Assembly (NCBI GenBank): GCA_963662405.2
Contig: CAXXKT010000001.1
Span: 1,152,001 to 1,216,000, forward strand
Direction of reading: 5' to 3'
Length of the DNA: 64,000 nt
Source: Syntrophales bacterium
GTDB lineage: Bacteria; Desulfobacterota; Syntrophia; Syntrophales; UBA2210
The position numbers and the translations under genes are program-made. The notes under the pieces were generated by a model. That model was not told where the DNA came from, did no database searches, and worked only from the letters and a program-made list of their open reading frames with translations. Of the stretch, positions 11,518 through 21,992 are shown piece after piece. How positions within the stretch are numbered: position 1 is the first letter of the stretch; each line of letters starts with the position of its first letter.

Positions 11518-11618
11518 GACTCCGTAGAGCCGTATGCATCTGAACCCTTCGATGCAGTGCTGTTGAGAGATACGGCATGAGCAAAGCGGAAGGGGCAAAA
11601 AGAGAGTTTGGTACTGTT

Positions 11619-11712
11619 GATGCGCGTAAACCGAAGCAGGGCAATGTGATGAATTTGAAACTCACGACCTGGTTGGTTGGAGAGAAAATGGAGCACATGG
11701 CCGACATCCATT
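11619..11712 (+). pseudogene. Decayed 5' fragment of abfD
   Basis: Translates KQ...NLKLTTWLVGEKMEHMAD versus AbfD KQ...KLHFNVWMFGKKVENVVD (L, W, G, K, E, D in register). Confidence 0.5.
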
Positions 11713-11975
11713 CTGTGGGGCGGGCAACAGATATGCTAGATCGGCAGATGGATGTGCCTTTTTGGTGTGCGCGCAGCACGAGATGTGCTCCCCTTCGACA
11801 CTCTGGACTTCTCATGCTGATAGCCCGATCTGCTTTATGCACAGAAAGCTTTGGATGTAAAAGGACAAACGGTATGGATAACGGAAAGTTGCCGGTAGGC
11901 GGTCGCGATATATCTGAAAGAGGAATATGCCGTTTGGGTAATGTATGAAACAATTTACAATGGGCAAAAGAGATG

Positions 11976-13639
11976 CAGGAGGATTAAGATGTCAATGATG
12001 AACGCGAAGCAGTACGAGGAGAGTTTGAGGAAGTTGCATTTTAATGTGTGGATGTTCGGGAAGAAGGTGGAGAACGTGGTGGACAATCCGATCATCCGTC
12101 CGTCGATGAACGCGGTGGCGGCGACGTATGAATTTGCCCACTATCCGGAGTACGAGGACCTGATGACGGCGACCTCTCATATTACGGGGAAGAAGGTCAA
12201 CCGGTTCACGCATATCCACCAGAGCACGGAAGACCTGGTGAAGAAGTCCAAGATGGGGCGGCTGTTGGGCTCCCTGACGGGCTGCTGTTTTCAGCGGTGC
12301 GTGGGGATGGACGCGATGAACGCCCTGTCCATGACCACCTACGATATCGATCAGAAGCACGGGACCGAGTACAACAAGCGTTTCCTGAAATACATGGAAT
12401 ACGTCCAGGAGGGCGACCTGACCTGCGACGGCGCCATGACCGATCCGAAGGGAGACCGGGGCAAGGCCCCGCACCAGCAGGACGATCCGGACATGTTCAT
12501 GCACGTGGTGGAAGAGAAGAAAGACGGGATCGTGGTGCGGGGTGCGAAGTGCCACCAGACCGGTGCGGTCAACTCCCACGAGATCATCATCATGCCGACC
12601 ATCAGCATGCGCGAGGAGGACAAGGACTATGCCATCTCCTTTGCGCTCCCCGCCGATGCCGAGGGGATCACCTACATCATGGGGCGTCAGTCGTGCGACA
12701 CGCGGAAACTGGAAGCGGGTACCATGGACCGGGGGAACCAGCTCTACGGCGGCCATGAGGCCCTGGTCGTCTTCGATGATGTCTTCGTCCCCTGGGAGCG
12801 GGTCTTCATGTACAAGGAATGGGAATTCGCCGGCCAGCTGGTGGAGCAGTTCGCCTCCTACCATCGTCAGAGCTACGCCTGCAAGGCGGGTGTGGGCGAT
12901 GTCCTCATCGGCGCGACCCAGTGTATCGCCGAGTACAACGGTGCCCAGAAGGCCTCCCACGTGAAGGACAAGATCATCGAGATGAACCATCTCAATGAGA
13001 CCCTCTTCTGTGGATCGATTGCCTGTGCGTCCGAAGGGCACAAGGAGCCGAGCGGGACGTACTACGTCAACACCCTCCTGGCGAACGTGTGCAAGCAGAA
13101 CGTGACGCGGTTTCCCTACGAGATCGCGCGTCTGGCGCAGGACATTGCGGGCGGTCTGATGGTGACCCTTCCCTCGGAAGAAGACTTCCGATCCCCCGAG
13201 ATCGGGAAATGGATTGAGAAATACTACCGGGCCAGCACGGCCGTCTCCACGGAAGACCGGATGCGGATGCTGCGTCTGATCGAGAACATCACGCTGGGGA
13301 CGGCTGCGGTGGGGTATCTGACCGAGTCGATGCACGGTGCGGGTTCGCCGCAGGCGCAGCGGATCATGATCTCACGGCAGGTGAACCTGGAGGAGAAGAA
13401 GAAGGTTGCCAAGAAACTCAGCGGTGTCACGAAGGATGAGTGAGAAGGTCCGGATCGGACTGAAATACTGTGGGGGGTGTAATCCCCGCTACGATCGTGT
13501 ACAGGCGGTAGGATACCTGCGGGAACGGTTGCAGGGCACCGTGGAACTTGTTTCGTACGAGGACCCGGATATTGCGGGTGTGCTGGTGGTTGCCGGCTGT
13601 CCTACCGCCTGCGTCGATCCGGAGCCGTTCAAAGAACGC
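11976..13639 (+). repeat. ~1.66 kb direct repeat, copy 1 (RBS + abfD + most of the CGGC gene)
   Basis: Matches 42828-44491; only four substitutions seen by eye, all synonymous. Confidence 0.95.
11989..13443 (+). CDS. abfD: 4-hydroxybutyryl-CoA dehydratase / vinylacetyl-CoA isomerase, copy 1
   Basis: CFQRCVGMD, GAMTDPKGDR, RGAKCHQTG, HRQSYACK, ESMHGAGSPQAQR; 484 aa. Confidence 0.93.
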   Translation: MSMMNAKQYEESLRKLHFNVWMFGKKVENVVDNPIIRPSMNAVAATYEFAHYPEYEDLMTATSHITGKKVNRFTHIHQSTEDLVKKSKMGRLLGSLTGCCFQRCVGMDAMNALSMTTYDIDQKHGTEYNKRFLKYMEYVQEGDLTCDGAMTDPKGDRGKAPHQQDDPDMFMHVVEEKKDGIVVRGAKCHQTGAVNSHEIIIMPTISMREEDKDYAISFALPADAEGITYIMGRQSCDTRKLEAGTMDRGNQLYGGHEALVVFDDVFVPWERVFMYKEWEFAGQLVEQFASYHRQSYACKAGVGDVLIGATQCIAEYNGAQKASHVKDKIIEMNHLNETLFCGSIACASEGHKEPSGTYYVNTLLANVCKQNVTRFPYEIARLAQDIAGGLMVTLPSEEDFRSPEIGKWIEKYYRASTAVSTEDRMRMLRLIENITLGTAAVGYLTESMHGAGSPQAQRIMISRQVNLEEKKKVAKKLSGVTKDE

Positions 13640-13735
13640 TCCGTGTGGGTTGTTACCCGCCGACAGGGCATCGATGATTTTGTGAAAACCATCATACCGA
13701 GGGGAAAAAAGAATGCACTGGAAAGAATTATATAA
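13436..13735 (+). CDS. Small four-cysteine protein (KYCGGCNP ... GCPTAC), function unknown, copy 1
   Basis: ATG overlaps the end of abfD; duplicated together with abfD; 99 aa. Confidence 0.8.
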   Translation: MSEKVRIGLKYCGGCNPRYDRVQAVGYLRERLQGTVELVSYEDPDIAGVLVVAGCPTACVDPEPFKERSVWVVTRRQGIDDFVKTIIPRGKKNALERII

Positions 13736-15008
13736 CCAAAAGATTACAACTGGTCAGGAGGCCGTGAAGCAGATCAAGTCCGGAGACCGGGTGGTCGTGG
13801 GGCACGCAACCGGTTCCCCGGAAGTACTGTTGACGGCCATGCTGGCCAACAGGGATGCGTATGAGGATGTGGAGATTGTCCACATGGTTGCGATGGGGCC
13901 TTCCGCATATTGCCTCCCGGAGAATTCTCCCCACTTTATCCACAATTCTCTGTTTGCCGGAGCGACAACGAGAAATGCCCTCCATGAGGGGAGGGCCATC
14001 TATACCGCATCACATTTCAGCCAGATCCCCCGGCTGTTTACCGAACGGATCGTTCCGGTCGATGTGACCCTGTGCATGCTCTCCACACCCGATGAGCATG
14101 GCTACTGTTCGTTCGGCATCTCAGTGGACTATACGAAACCCGCAGCGGAGAGTTCCAGGATCGTTATAGCGGAAGTAACGCCTCACATGCCGAGGACGCT
14201 GGGTGATGCCTTTATCCACATCTCGGACATTGATTATATCGTTGAGTGTGATTCCAAGCCCATCGAGCTCAGGCCCCCGCAGATCGGACCGATCGATGAG
14301 GCGATCGGGGGATACTGCGCAGAGTTGATACAGGACGGGGATTGCCTGCAGCTGGGTATCGGTGCGGTCCCGGATTCGATCCTGAATTTTCTGACCGAGA
14401 AGAAGGATCTGGGGATTCATACGGAGATGTTTTCCGATGGCGTTGTGGATCTGGTCAATGCGGGTGTTGTCACCTGCGCACGCAAGAATTTTCATCCCCA
14501 TAGGATGGTTGCCACCTTCTTCATGGGGACGGACAAGCTGTACAACTTTGTTCACAACAATCCCAAGGTGGAGATGTTCCCGGTTGATTACACCAACAAC
14601 CCTGCGATCATCTCCAGAAACGACAATGTGGTGTCCATCAATTCCTCGTTGCAGGTGGACCTGACCGGTCAGGCGGCATCGGAATCGATCGGCCCCAAGC
14701 AGTTCAGCGGCACGGGCGGGCAGGCCGATTTTGTCAGGGGCGCGGCCTGGTCGAAGGGAGGACGGTCCATAATCGCGTTCCACTCAACGGCGGCCAAGGG
14801 GAAGCTTTCACGGATCGTTTCCCATCTTGATGAAGGGACCACGGTAACAACGACCCGTACGGATATCCATTACATCGTGACGGAATACGGCATTGCCGAT
14901 ATGAGGGGCAAATCTGTTCACCAGAGAGCCGAGTCCCTGATCAATATCGCACATCCTGATTTTCGCGCGGACCTGAAAAAGGAGTTTAATAGGAAAAATT
15001 CTGCTTAA
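13713..15008 (+). CDS. cat2: 4-hydroxybutyrate CoA-transferase (acetyl-CoA hydrolase/transferase family)
   Basis: LQLGIGAVP, LGIHTEM catalytic Glu motif, SGTGGQADF; adjacent to abfD. Confidence 0.85.
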   Translation: MHWKELYNQKITTGQEAVKQIKSGDRVVVGHATGSPEVLLTAMLANRDAYEDVEIVHMVAMGPSAYCLPENSPHFIHNSLFAGATTRNALHEGRAIYTASHFSQIPRLFTERIVPVDVTLCMLSTPDEHGYCSFGISVDYTKPAAESSRIVIAEVTPHMPRTLGDAFIHISDIDYIVECDSKPIELRPPQIGPIDEAIGGYCAELIQDGDCLQLGIGAVPDSILNFLTEKKDLGIHTEMFSDGVVDLVNAGVVTCARKNFHPHRMVATFFMGTDKLYNFVHNNPKVEMFPVDYTNNPAIISRNDNVVSINSSLQVDLTGQAASESIGPKQFSGTGGQADFVRGAAWSKGGRSIIAFHSTAAKGKLSRIVSHLDEGTTVTTTRTDIHYIVTEYGIADMRGKSVHQRAESLINIAHPDFRADLKKEFNRKNSA

Positions 15009-15149
15009 AAAGATCGGAGTGGCTTTTCGGCAGAGGGAGGTTCGGATCGAATGGGCGATTTGAACCGTTCCCCCGGATGTGAATATATCGGACGCCTTTA
15101 CCATCAGGAGATGGAGGAGTCACAGAAAACAGATGGGAGGTTAAGGAAA

Positions 15150-16301
15150 ATGGCACAGATATTTACGATAACGCCTAAGATCATCATGGGGTTGGGAGCA
15201 ATCGATGCAATTGGAGATGAGATCAAGCGACGGGGTGTAAAGAAGGTCCTAATCGTAACCGACAAAGGGGTTATTGCAGCAGGGTTGACGCAGGCCATTG
15301 AGGCGTCACTCACGGCGGCCGGAGTGGCATTTGGCACCTTTGACGGTGTGGAGCCCGATCCACGATATGAGATTGTCGCGGATTGTCTTGCAAAGGTGAA
15401 AAATGAGGAGGCTGAGCTCCTGATCGGACTCGGCGGAGGGAGTCCCATCGATATCGCCAAGACGACTGCGGTTATGGCGACAAACGACGGTCCCATCGGA
15501 GCGTACTTCGGGATTGATCTGATTCCCAAGCCGGGTCTCCCAACGATTATGGTCCCCACCACGGCGGGGACGGGGAGTGAGGTCACACCGATCGCGATTT
15601 TGTCCGACGAAGGCGAAAAGCTGAAAAAGGGTGTCGTGAGTCCTTATCTCTATCCTGCTGCGGGAATACTTGATCCGGTGCTGACCGCGGGGTTGCCTCC
15701 CCATGTAACGGCAGCCACGGGGATGGACGCGCTGATCCACGCAGTGGAGGCCTACACGTCCATTAATGCCACAGGGATGACGGATATGTACTGCATCCGT
15801 GCCATTGAACTTATTTACAACAACCTGCGGACGGCCTACGCCAAAGGCGACAATATGGAGGCGCGGACGGCGATGATGGAAGGGGCACTCCTGGCGGGTA
15901 TCGGTTTTGCGAATGCAGGTGTCACGGCGGTCCATGCCTTTGCCTATCCGATCGGGGCCGAGTTCCACATCCCCCACGGAGTTGCGAATACCCTCATGCT
16001 GCCCCATGTGATTCGTTATAACGTGCTGGGGAACCTGCCCAAGTTTGCGGGGCTGGCAAAGCCCTTCGGGATTCCGACGGAAGGCCTGGATGATCTTCAG
16101 ATTGTTGACCGTGTGATCGGGGCGATCGACCGGCTGGCCGACGATCTGCGTGTCCCGCGCCATCTTGCTGATTTCGGAGTAAAGGAAGAAGACGTACCGA
16201 TGCTGGCCGAGGGTGTGATGAAGGTGACCCGTCTCCTGGCCAACAATCCGAGAACGCTGATTCTCGAGGACGCTAAGGCGATATATACGGCGGCGCTTTA
16301 A
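15150..16301 (+). CDS. Iron-containing alcohol dehydrogenase, probable 4-hydroxybutyrate dehydrogenase
   Basis: GLGGGSPID, PTTAGTGSE, DALIHAVE, H...HIPHG; substrate inferred from position between the CoA-transferase and gabT. Confidence 0.85.
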   Translation: MAQIFTITPKIIMGLGAIDAIGDEIKRRGVKKVLIVTDKGVIAAGLTQAIEASLTAAGVAFGTFDGVEPDPRYEIVADCLAKVKNEEAELLIGLGGGSPIDIAKTTAVMATNDGPIGAYFGIDLIPKPGLPTIMVPTTAGTGSEVTPIAILSDEGEKLKKGVVSPYLYPAAGILDPVLTAGLPPHVTAATGMDALIHAVEAYTSINATGMTDMYCIRAIELIYNNLRTAYAKGDNMEARTAMMEGALLAGIGFANAGVTAVHAFAYPIGAEFHIPHGVANTLMLPHVIRYNVLGNLPKFAGLAKPFGIPTEGLDDLQIVDRVIGAIDRLADDLRVPRHLADFGVKEEDVPMLAEGVMKVTRLLANNPRTLILEDAKAIYTAAL

Positions 16302-16388
16302 AGAAGTCTTGTCTGGGTGAGGATCTCATCCCAGAGATCCTCACCCGGGCCGCTATCAGGAAATATTGATTTTCAGGAGGAAGAACAG

Positions 16389-17690
16389 ATGGATAATAAG
16401 TCTCTGGTTGACAAACGATCGGCGACCCTCGCGAAATCTTTTGCGGGCGGCAAACCGGCCTTTGCGGCATATGGACAGGGTGCCATTTTGACTGACGTAG
16501 ACGGTCGTGAATATATCGATTTTGCGGGTGGAATCGGTGTCATGAATATCGGGCATTCCCATCCGAAAGTGGTCGCCGCCATTCAGGAACAGGCCGCGAA
16601 ACTGACACACTCCTGCTTCATGGTGGTGCCCTATGAACCGGCCGTCAAGCTGGCGGAGCGTCTCTGTGCCCTGACACCCGGTTCTTTCCCGAAGAAGGCC
16701 TTTTTCGTGAATGCCGGCGCCGAAGCGGTGGAGAACGCCGTGAAGATATCGCGGTATTATACCAAGAGGCCGGGGATCGTTGTCTTTGATAACTGCTTCC
16801 ACGGGCGGACCCTGCTCACCATGACGATGACGAGCAAGGCAAAGCCCTATAAGTTTGGATTCGGCCCCTTCGCCTCAGAGATTTACCATGCGCCCTATGC
16901 ATACTGTTACCGGTGTCCCTTCGGTCTGGAGTACCCGAAGTGTAATACCTACTGTGCCGATTTCCTGGCACAGGAGTTTTTTATCCGATGTCCTGCGGAA
17001 ACAACGGCGGCGGTGATAGCAGAACCCGTACAGGGTGAAGGTGGTTTTATCACACCTCCCCCTGAATATTTCCCGAAGGTTGCGCAGATCTGTAAAGATA
17101 ACGGGATACTCTTTGTCTCCGATGAAATTCAGGCGGGGATGGCACGGACGGGTGGAAAACTCTTTGCTATCGAGCACTGGGGTGTTGAGCCGGACCTGGT
17201 GACCATTGCGAAGAGTCTCGCCGCCGGTATGCCTCTCAGCGCCGTCGTCGGGAGAGAAGAGATCATGGATTCCATCCACCCCGGGGGAATCGGCGGGACC
17301 TACGGCGGCAACCCCGTGGCCTGCGCGGCAGGGAATGCCGTTCTGGACGCCTACGAGGAAGACAATATCCTCGATAAGAGTGAGGCGTTGGGTCAGAAAC
17401 TGTGGGCGGCATTCACGGAGATGCAGAAGAAGTACGAAATTATCGGCGATGTCCGTGGCAAGGGGCCGATGATCGCCCTTGAGTTGGTCGTGGACCGTGT
17501 GACGAAAGAGACCAATGCTGAGGCAGCGGGCAAGATCGCCGCCTACGCCTTTGAGAAGGGACTGATCCTCCTGAGCTGCGGACCCTATGGTAACTGCATC
17601 CGGTGCCTGATGCCGCTGGTGATTACCGATGAGCAACTCGATCGTGGGCTGGCGATTATTGACGAGGCCTTTGCCTCTCTCGAAAAGTAA
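16389..17690 (+). CDS. gabT: 4-aminobutyrate:2-oxoglutarate aminotransferase, copy 1
   Basis: YIDFAGGIGV, GAEAVENAVKI, EPVQGEGG, DEIQAG, AKSLAAG (PLP Lys), GGTYGGNP. Confidence 0.9.
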   Translation: MDNKSLVDKRSATLAKSFAGGKPAFAAYGQGAILTDVDGREYIDFAGGIGVMNIGHSHPKVVAAIQEQAAKLTHSCFMVVPYEPAVKLAERLCALTPGSFPKKAFFVNAGAEAVENAVKISRYYTKRPGIVVFDNCFHGRTLLTMTMTSKAKPYKFGFGPFASEIYHAPYAYCYRCPFGLEYPKCNTYCADFLAQEFFIRCPAETTAAVIAEPVQGEGGFITPPPEYFPKVAQICKDNGILFVSDEIQAGMARTGGKLFAIEHWGVEPDLVTIAKSLAAGMPLSAVVGREEIMDSIHPGGIGGTYGGNPVACAAGNAVLDAYEEDNILDKSEALGQKLWAAFTEMQKKYEIIGDVRGKGPMIALELVVDRVTKETNAEAAGKIAAYAFEKGLILLSCGPYGNCIRCLMPLVITDEQLDRGLAIIDEAFASLEK

Positions 17691-17998
17691 GAAATCATAG
17701 TTGGTAGTGTGTTCTTTAAAAATTCCGCGACCGGCGGAGATGATTCTTTAAAATAGTGATAATACTGCTGCCCATATCCTTTTTGGATGAGCCGGGACGG
17801 TTTCACAAAGCGTTTGTGCTCGGGGTATATGTCTGGACAGCAGTTATACGTGGTGACGACAAGATCCTGATATAGTCGGCGATGCACTCGATCATTGTGG
17901 CGCAATGACTTTGAAATGTGTAGCGCGGCACGTTCGGATCTTCGGCCTCTTCAGTGGGGAGAGGAAACCCTAATAAGCTATTGTGGAAGGAGAACGGG

Positions 17999-19255
17999 AT
18001 GAAAAAAGTAAATTGGTGGCGAAATGGATTTATCTGTGTTTTGGCCTTGGCATTTGTCTGCTTCATGATCGTATCAACGGGTACGTCAGCAGTGGCAAAG
18101 GACAAGGTCATTAAGATCGGGAACATCCTTCCTCTCTCAGGACCTTCGGCGTCGGTCGGTCTTCAGGGGAAGTATGCCCGTGAGCTGGCAACCGAGATGA
18201 TCAACAATGCAGGAGGCATCAAATCGTTGGGCGGCGCCAAACTGGAGAATATCTATGTCGACAGCAAGAGTGATCCCACCGTAGGCGTCACCGCTGCCGA
18301 ACGGCTCATCAATACGAATAGAGTTAATATCCTTTCGGGATGCTGGAACTCCGCCGTCACCTATCCGGCGACGCAGGTGGCAGAGCGATACCGCATCCCC
18401 TTCGTTGTTCCCGTGTCCGTGCGCAACACCATTACGGAACGGGGATTCAAATATACCTTTAGAATTGCGGCCAAGGACGCCTGGTGGACCCGCGATCAGT
18501 TCAAATTCCTGGAAGAGATGAAAGAAGCGACCGGGACGGAGTTGAAGACGGTTGCCTTTGTCTACGAGAATGGTGACTGGGGTGTTGGCATGGCCGAGCA
18601 GTGGACCCTTCTCGCAAAGACGTACGGCTACGAGGTGGTGCTCAATGAGCCCTATCCCAGCACCGCCAGTGACCTGACGCCTGTTGTCATGAAGATTAAA
18701 CGTGCCAAACCCGACGTCATATTGCTGACGTCGAATGCATCCGATGCAATCCTCCTGACCAACACCATGGCGGAAATGAAGGTCAAGGCCAAGGCGATTA
18801 TCGGCACGGGCGGTGGTCATGCAGACCCCATGTTCCGGAAGAACTGCGGAAAAAATGCCGAGAATATGTTTGACGTTGTCGAGTGGGAAGCGGACCTGAA
18901 CAAGCCCGGTATCCCCGAGTTGAACGCGGAATTCAAGAAACGTCACGGATTCGACCTCGCCGGTGAATCCGTGGATGCATTCGCATCGGTCTTCGTGATC
19001 GCGGATGCCCTTGAACGGGCCGGATCGACGAATCCTCAGAAACTGAGAGAGGCATTTGCCGCTACCAAGTTATCTACGGGTCCCGGCATGATCGTCTCTT
19101 ACGACTGTGTCGAATTCGACGAATCGGGGCAGAACAAGAACGCCGGTATCGTGATGGTCCAGTACCGCATGGTCAACGGAAATCTGGAACGTGTTTCCAT
19201 ATGGCCCAAGAGTGCTGCACGAACCGGCTATGAGGCCGTATTCCCAATGCCTTAG
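17999..19255 (+). CDS. ABC transporter substrate-binding protein (LivJ/K-like)
   Basis: Signal peptide; IKIGNILPLSG, INNAGGI; heads a livHMGF-like run. Confidence 0.9.
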   Translation: MKKVNWWRNGFICVLALAFVCFMIVSTGTSAVAKDKVIKIGNILPLSGPSASVGLQGKYARELATEMINNAGGIKSLGGAKLENIYVDSKSDPTVGVTAAERLINTNRVNILSGCWNSAVTYPATQVAERYRIPFVVPVSVRNTITERGFKYTFRIAAKDAWWTRDQFKFLEEMKEATGTELKTVAFVYENGDWGVGMAEQWTLLAKTYGYEVVLNEPYPSTASDLTPVVMKIKRAKPDVILLTSNASDAILLTNTMAEMKVKAKAIIGTGGGHADPMFRKNCGKNAENMFDVVEWEADLNKPGIPELNAEFKKRHGFDLAGESVDAFASVFVIADALERAGSTNPQKLREAFAATKLSTGPGMIVSYDCVEFDESGQNKNAGIVMVQYRMVNGNLERVSIWPKSAARTGYEAVFPMP

Positions 19256-19350
19256 GTGTATGACGTACGCATAACATTTATTAAAGATCGGGATTCGGAA
19301 GAGCCCTTGCATAGCTCTTCCGAATCCCGCAGAGCGAAAACGAGGTTGTT

Positions 19351-20235
19351 ATGGATGTAATTCTACAAGCAATCGTCAACGGGACATTGACTGGCTCGAT
19401 TTACGGGCTTGCTGCATTGGGACTGACGTTGGTCTTTGGTGTTATCAAGGTCATTAATTTTGCCCACGGTTCATGCCTGATGGTCGGGATGTATACCGCT
19501 TACTGGGTTGTGCAATTAACGGGAATGCACCCCTATCTTGCCTTGATTATTGTTGTTCCGTTTCTCTTTCTCTTTGGATATTTCCTGCAGGAAATCGTCG
19601 TCAAACCGGTCTTGGTTGCTCAGGCTGACGTCCGTGAACCGACCGAAGTGATTATCGTAACCACCGGTGTCTGGTATATCCTTGATAATATAACGCTGAT
19701 GATGTTTGGGGCCGAATATCGGGTTGTACAGACATCCCTGTCCGGCAAGTCGTATGAACTGGGGAACCTGATCGTCTCCACACCGAAGCTGTATGGCTTC
19801 ATCGCCACGATTCTCGTGTCCGTTGCGCTGGTATGGTTTCTGAAGAGTACAAAAATGGGGAAATCGATCCGGGCCGCAAGTCTGGATCGTGAGGCGGCGA
19901 GCCTTATGGGAATCAACCAGTACCGGGTTTACAATATTGCCTTTGGCATCGCCACCGGCATTATGGGCGTGGTGGGCTGCGTGCTTCTCCCATTCTACTA
20001 TGTCTTTCCCACCGTTGGGGTTATTTTCGATGTCAAGTGCTTTATCATTGTCGTATTGGGAGGTCTGGGAAGCATCCCCGGGGCACTGATTGGAGGAGTC
20101 ATTGTCGGTCTCATTGAATCCATCGGAGCTCAGTTTATGACATCGACATGGACTGAGTTAATCGTCTATCTGGTCTTCTTGCTGGTACTCTTCGTCAGAC
20201 CAGCGGGACTGTTTGGCGAAACGAAGGACTGGTAG
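19351..20235 (+). CDS. livH: ABC permease, LivH-like
   Basis: GLTLVFGVIKVINFAHG, VLGGLGSIPGA, RPAGLFG. Confidence 0.9.
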   Translation: MDVILQAIVNGTLTGSIYGLAALGLTLVFGVIKVINFAHGSCLMVGMYTAYWVVQLTGMHPYLALIIVVPFLFLFGYFLQEIVVKPVLVAQADVREPTEVIIVTTGVWYILDNITLMMFGAEYRVVQTSLSGKSYELGNLIVSTPKLYGFIATILVSVALVWFLKSTKMGKSIRAASLDREAASLMGINQYRVYNIAFGIATGIMGVVGCVLLPFYYVFPTVGVIFDVKCFIIVVLGGLGSIPGALIGGVIVGLIESIGAQFMTSTWTELIVYLVFLLVLFVRPAGLFGETKDW

Positions 20236-20253
20236 GAAAGGAGACAGAAAAAG

Positions 20254-21258
20254 ATGACAAAGGAAAAATTGGACAAGCTGCTCAAAATCATTCTGGTTGT
20301 GGGTGTCTTTACGCTCCCCCTCTGGATGAGGAGCCCGACATATCTCCAGATTTTGGTATTGCTCTTCTGGTACGCCTATCTTACCACCTCCTGGAATCTG
20401 GTTGGCGGATGGGCCGGCGTCCTGCCCTTGGGACACTCGGCATATATCGGCATTGGGGCGTACACATCGACGGCACTGGCCCTGCACTACGGTTTAAGCC
20501 CCTGGATCGGGATGTTCGCCGGGGGGATTCTTGCCGCAATTGTGGGGATCATTATTGGTGTTCCCACCTTGAAATTACGCGGCGCATACTTTGCGCTTTC
20601 GACGATGGCCTTCGGAGAAGGCGTACGGGTCTTTGTGGAGAACACCGATAAGATCGGCCCCTTCCTGATAAACGGGCCGAGAGGGATCTGTATTCCGCTC
20701 AAGGAATCGTTCTGGACCTTTCAGTTCATGAGCAAGGTTCCTTACTACTACATCATCCTGATTATGCTGAGCATCGCCCTTTTTATTACCTGGTATATGT
20801 CAAAGACCAAAATCGGCTACTATCTGAACGCAGGTGGTGAAGAGCCGGAAGCGGCAGAGGCGCTCGGGATCAATGTGGCGAAATATAAAGTAATCGCAAT
20901 GGCCATCAGTTGTTTTATGACAGGACTGGCTGGGACCTTCTACGCGCAACTGGCGCTTTATTTCTATCCCAAGGCTATCCTGGGACTGGATCTCTCCTTC
21001 GAAATCGCATTCATTGCCCTGATCGGAGGAAGAGGGACGATTGCAGGACCCGTGCTCGGTGCCTTAATTCTCCGGCCGGTTACCGATTTTTCGCGTATCT
21101 ATTTCAGCAGCGTATTGCCCGGTCTTCACCTCGTTATTTACGGGCTGGTTCTTATACTGGTGATGATCTATCAACCACGGGGCCTGCAGGAACCACTTAA
21201 CAGATTCTATAATTGGTTCCTCGATAAGGTGACTGGTAAGAAGGAGGTGAAGATGTAA
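20254..21258 (+). CDS. livM: ABC permease, LivM-like
   Basis: WNLVGGWAG, LRGAYFALST, IGGRGTIAGP, PRGL. Confidence 0.9.
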   Translation: MTKEKLDKLLKIILVVGVFTLPLWMRSPTYLQILVLLFWYAYLTTSWNLVGGWAGVLPLGHSAYIGIGAYTSTALALHYGLSPWIGMFAGGILAAIVGIIIGVPTLKLRGAYFALSTMAFGEGVRVFVENTDKIGPFLINGPRGICIPLKESFWTFQFMSKVPYYYIILIMLSIALFITWYMSKTKIGYYLNAGGEEPEAAEALGINVAKYKVIAMAISCFMTGLAGTFYAQLALYFYPKAILGLDLSFEIAFIALIGGRGTIAGPVLGALILRPVTDFSRIYFSSVLPGLHLVIYGLVLILVMIYQPRGLQEPLNRFYNWFLDKVTGKKEVKM

Positions 21259-21992
21259 TGGCAGCAATACTTGAGGTCAAGAACGTATCGAAACATTTTG
21301 GTGGATTGAAAGCGGTCGATCAGGTTGATCTAACGATCGAGAAAGGCCAGATATACGGACTGATCGGACCGAACGGTGCCGGGAAGTCGACACTCTTCAA
21401 CTGTGTTGCCGGGACCTATGCACCGACATCGGGACAGATTCTTTTCAAAGGACAGGACATCACGGGAACGAAACCCTGGGATATCTGCAAGATGAGAATT
21501 GCCCGGACCTTTCAGCTGGTAAAACCCTTCAAGATGAAAACGGTCCTTTATAACACCATGGTGGGAGCCTTCGTGCGATCTAACAATCCTGCCGAGGTCA
21601 GGGACATGGCCCTGGAGGTCCTCGAGATGTTGAAGCTTGCCGATAAGAAGGACGTACTGGCGAAGAACCTCACGATAGCAGACAGAAAACGCCTTGAAGT
21701 GGCTCGTGCAATGGCAACGAACCCGGAGATTCTTCTTCTTGATGAGTGTATGGCTGGCTTGAGACCGAACGAAGTCGATGCGATCCTCGATATCGTTCGA
21801 GGTATCAGAGATCGGGGTGTGACGATTTTTGTCATTGAGCACATTATGAGGGCAATTATGACACTCTCGGATCGTATTATGGTGATTCATTTTGGGGCAA
21901 AAGTGATGGAAGGAACACCCCAAGAAGTATCACAAGATGAACGAGTCATAAAAGCATACCTAGGGGAGAGTTATGTCGCTACTGGAAATTAA
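21258..21992 (+). CDS. livG: ABC ATPase, LivG-like
   Basis: GPNGAGKST, ARTFQ, LLDE, VIKAYLG. Confidence 0.92.
   Translation: MAAILEVKNVSKHFGGLKAVDQVDLTIEKGQIYGLIGPNGAGKSTLFNCVAGTYAPTSGQILFKGQDITGTKPWDICKMRIARTFQLVKPFKMKTVLYNTMVGAFVRSNNPAEVRDMALEVLEMLKLADKKDVLAKNLTIADRKRLEVARAMATNPEILLLDECMAGLRPNEVDAILDIVRGIRDRGVTIFVIEHIMRAIMTLSDRIMVIHFGAKVMEGTPQEVSQDERVIKAYLGESYVATGN

Noticed and set aside
11527..11577. GAGCCGTATGC...GATGCAGTGCTGTT resembling group II intron domain V
   Set aside because: The 3' half is degenerate, GCCGTAT pairs better with ATACGGC as a simple hairpin, and no reverse transcriptase or other intron domains are nearby.
11992..13335. 447-aa minus-strand ORF (and its 436-aa twin at 42877-44187)
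   Set aside because: Antisense shadow of abfD expected from GC-rich codon bias; no motifs, and its end differs between copies because of a synonymous change in abfD.
11989..13443. 4-hydroxyphenylacetate 3-monooxygenase call for the abfD ORFs
   Set aside because: Same fold family, but the Fe-S ligand motifs (CFQRC, HRQSYAC) and the CoA-transferase/GabT context indicate AbfD.
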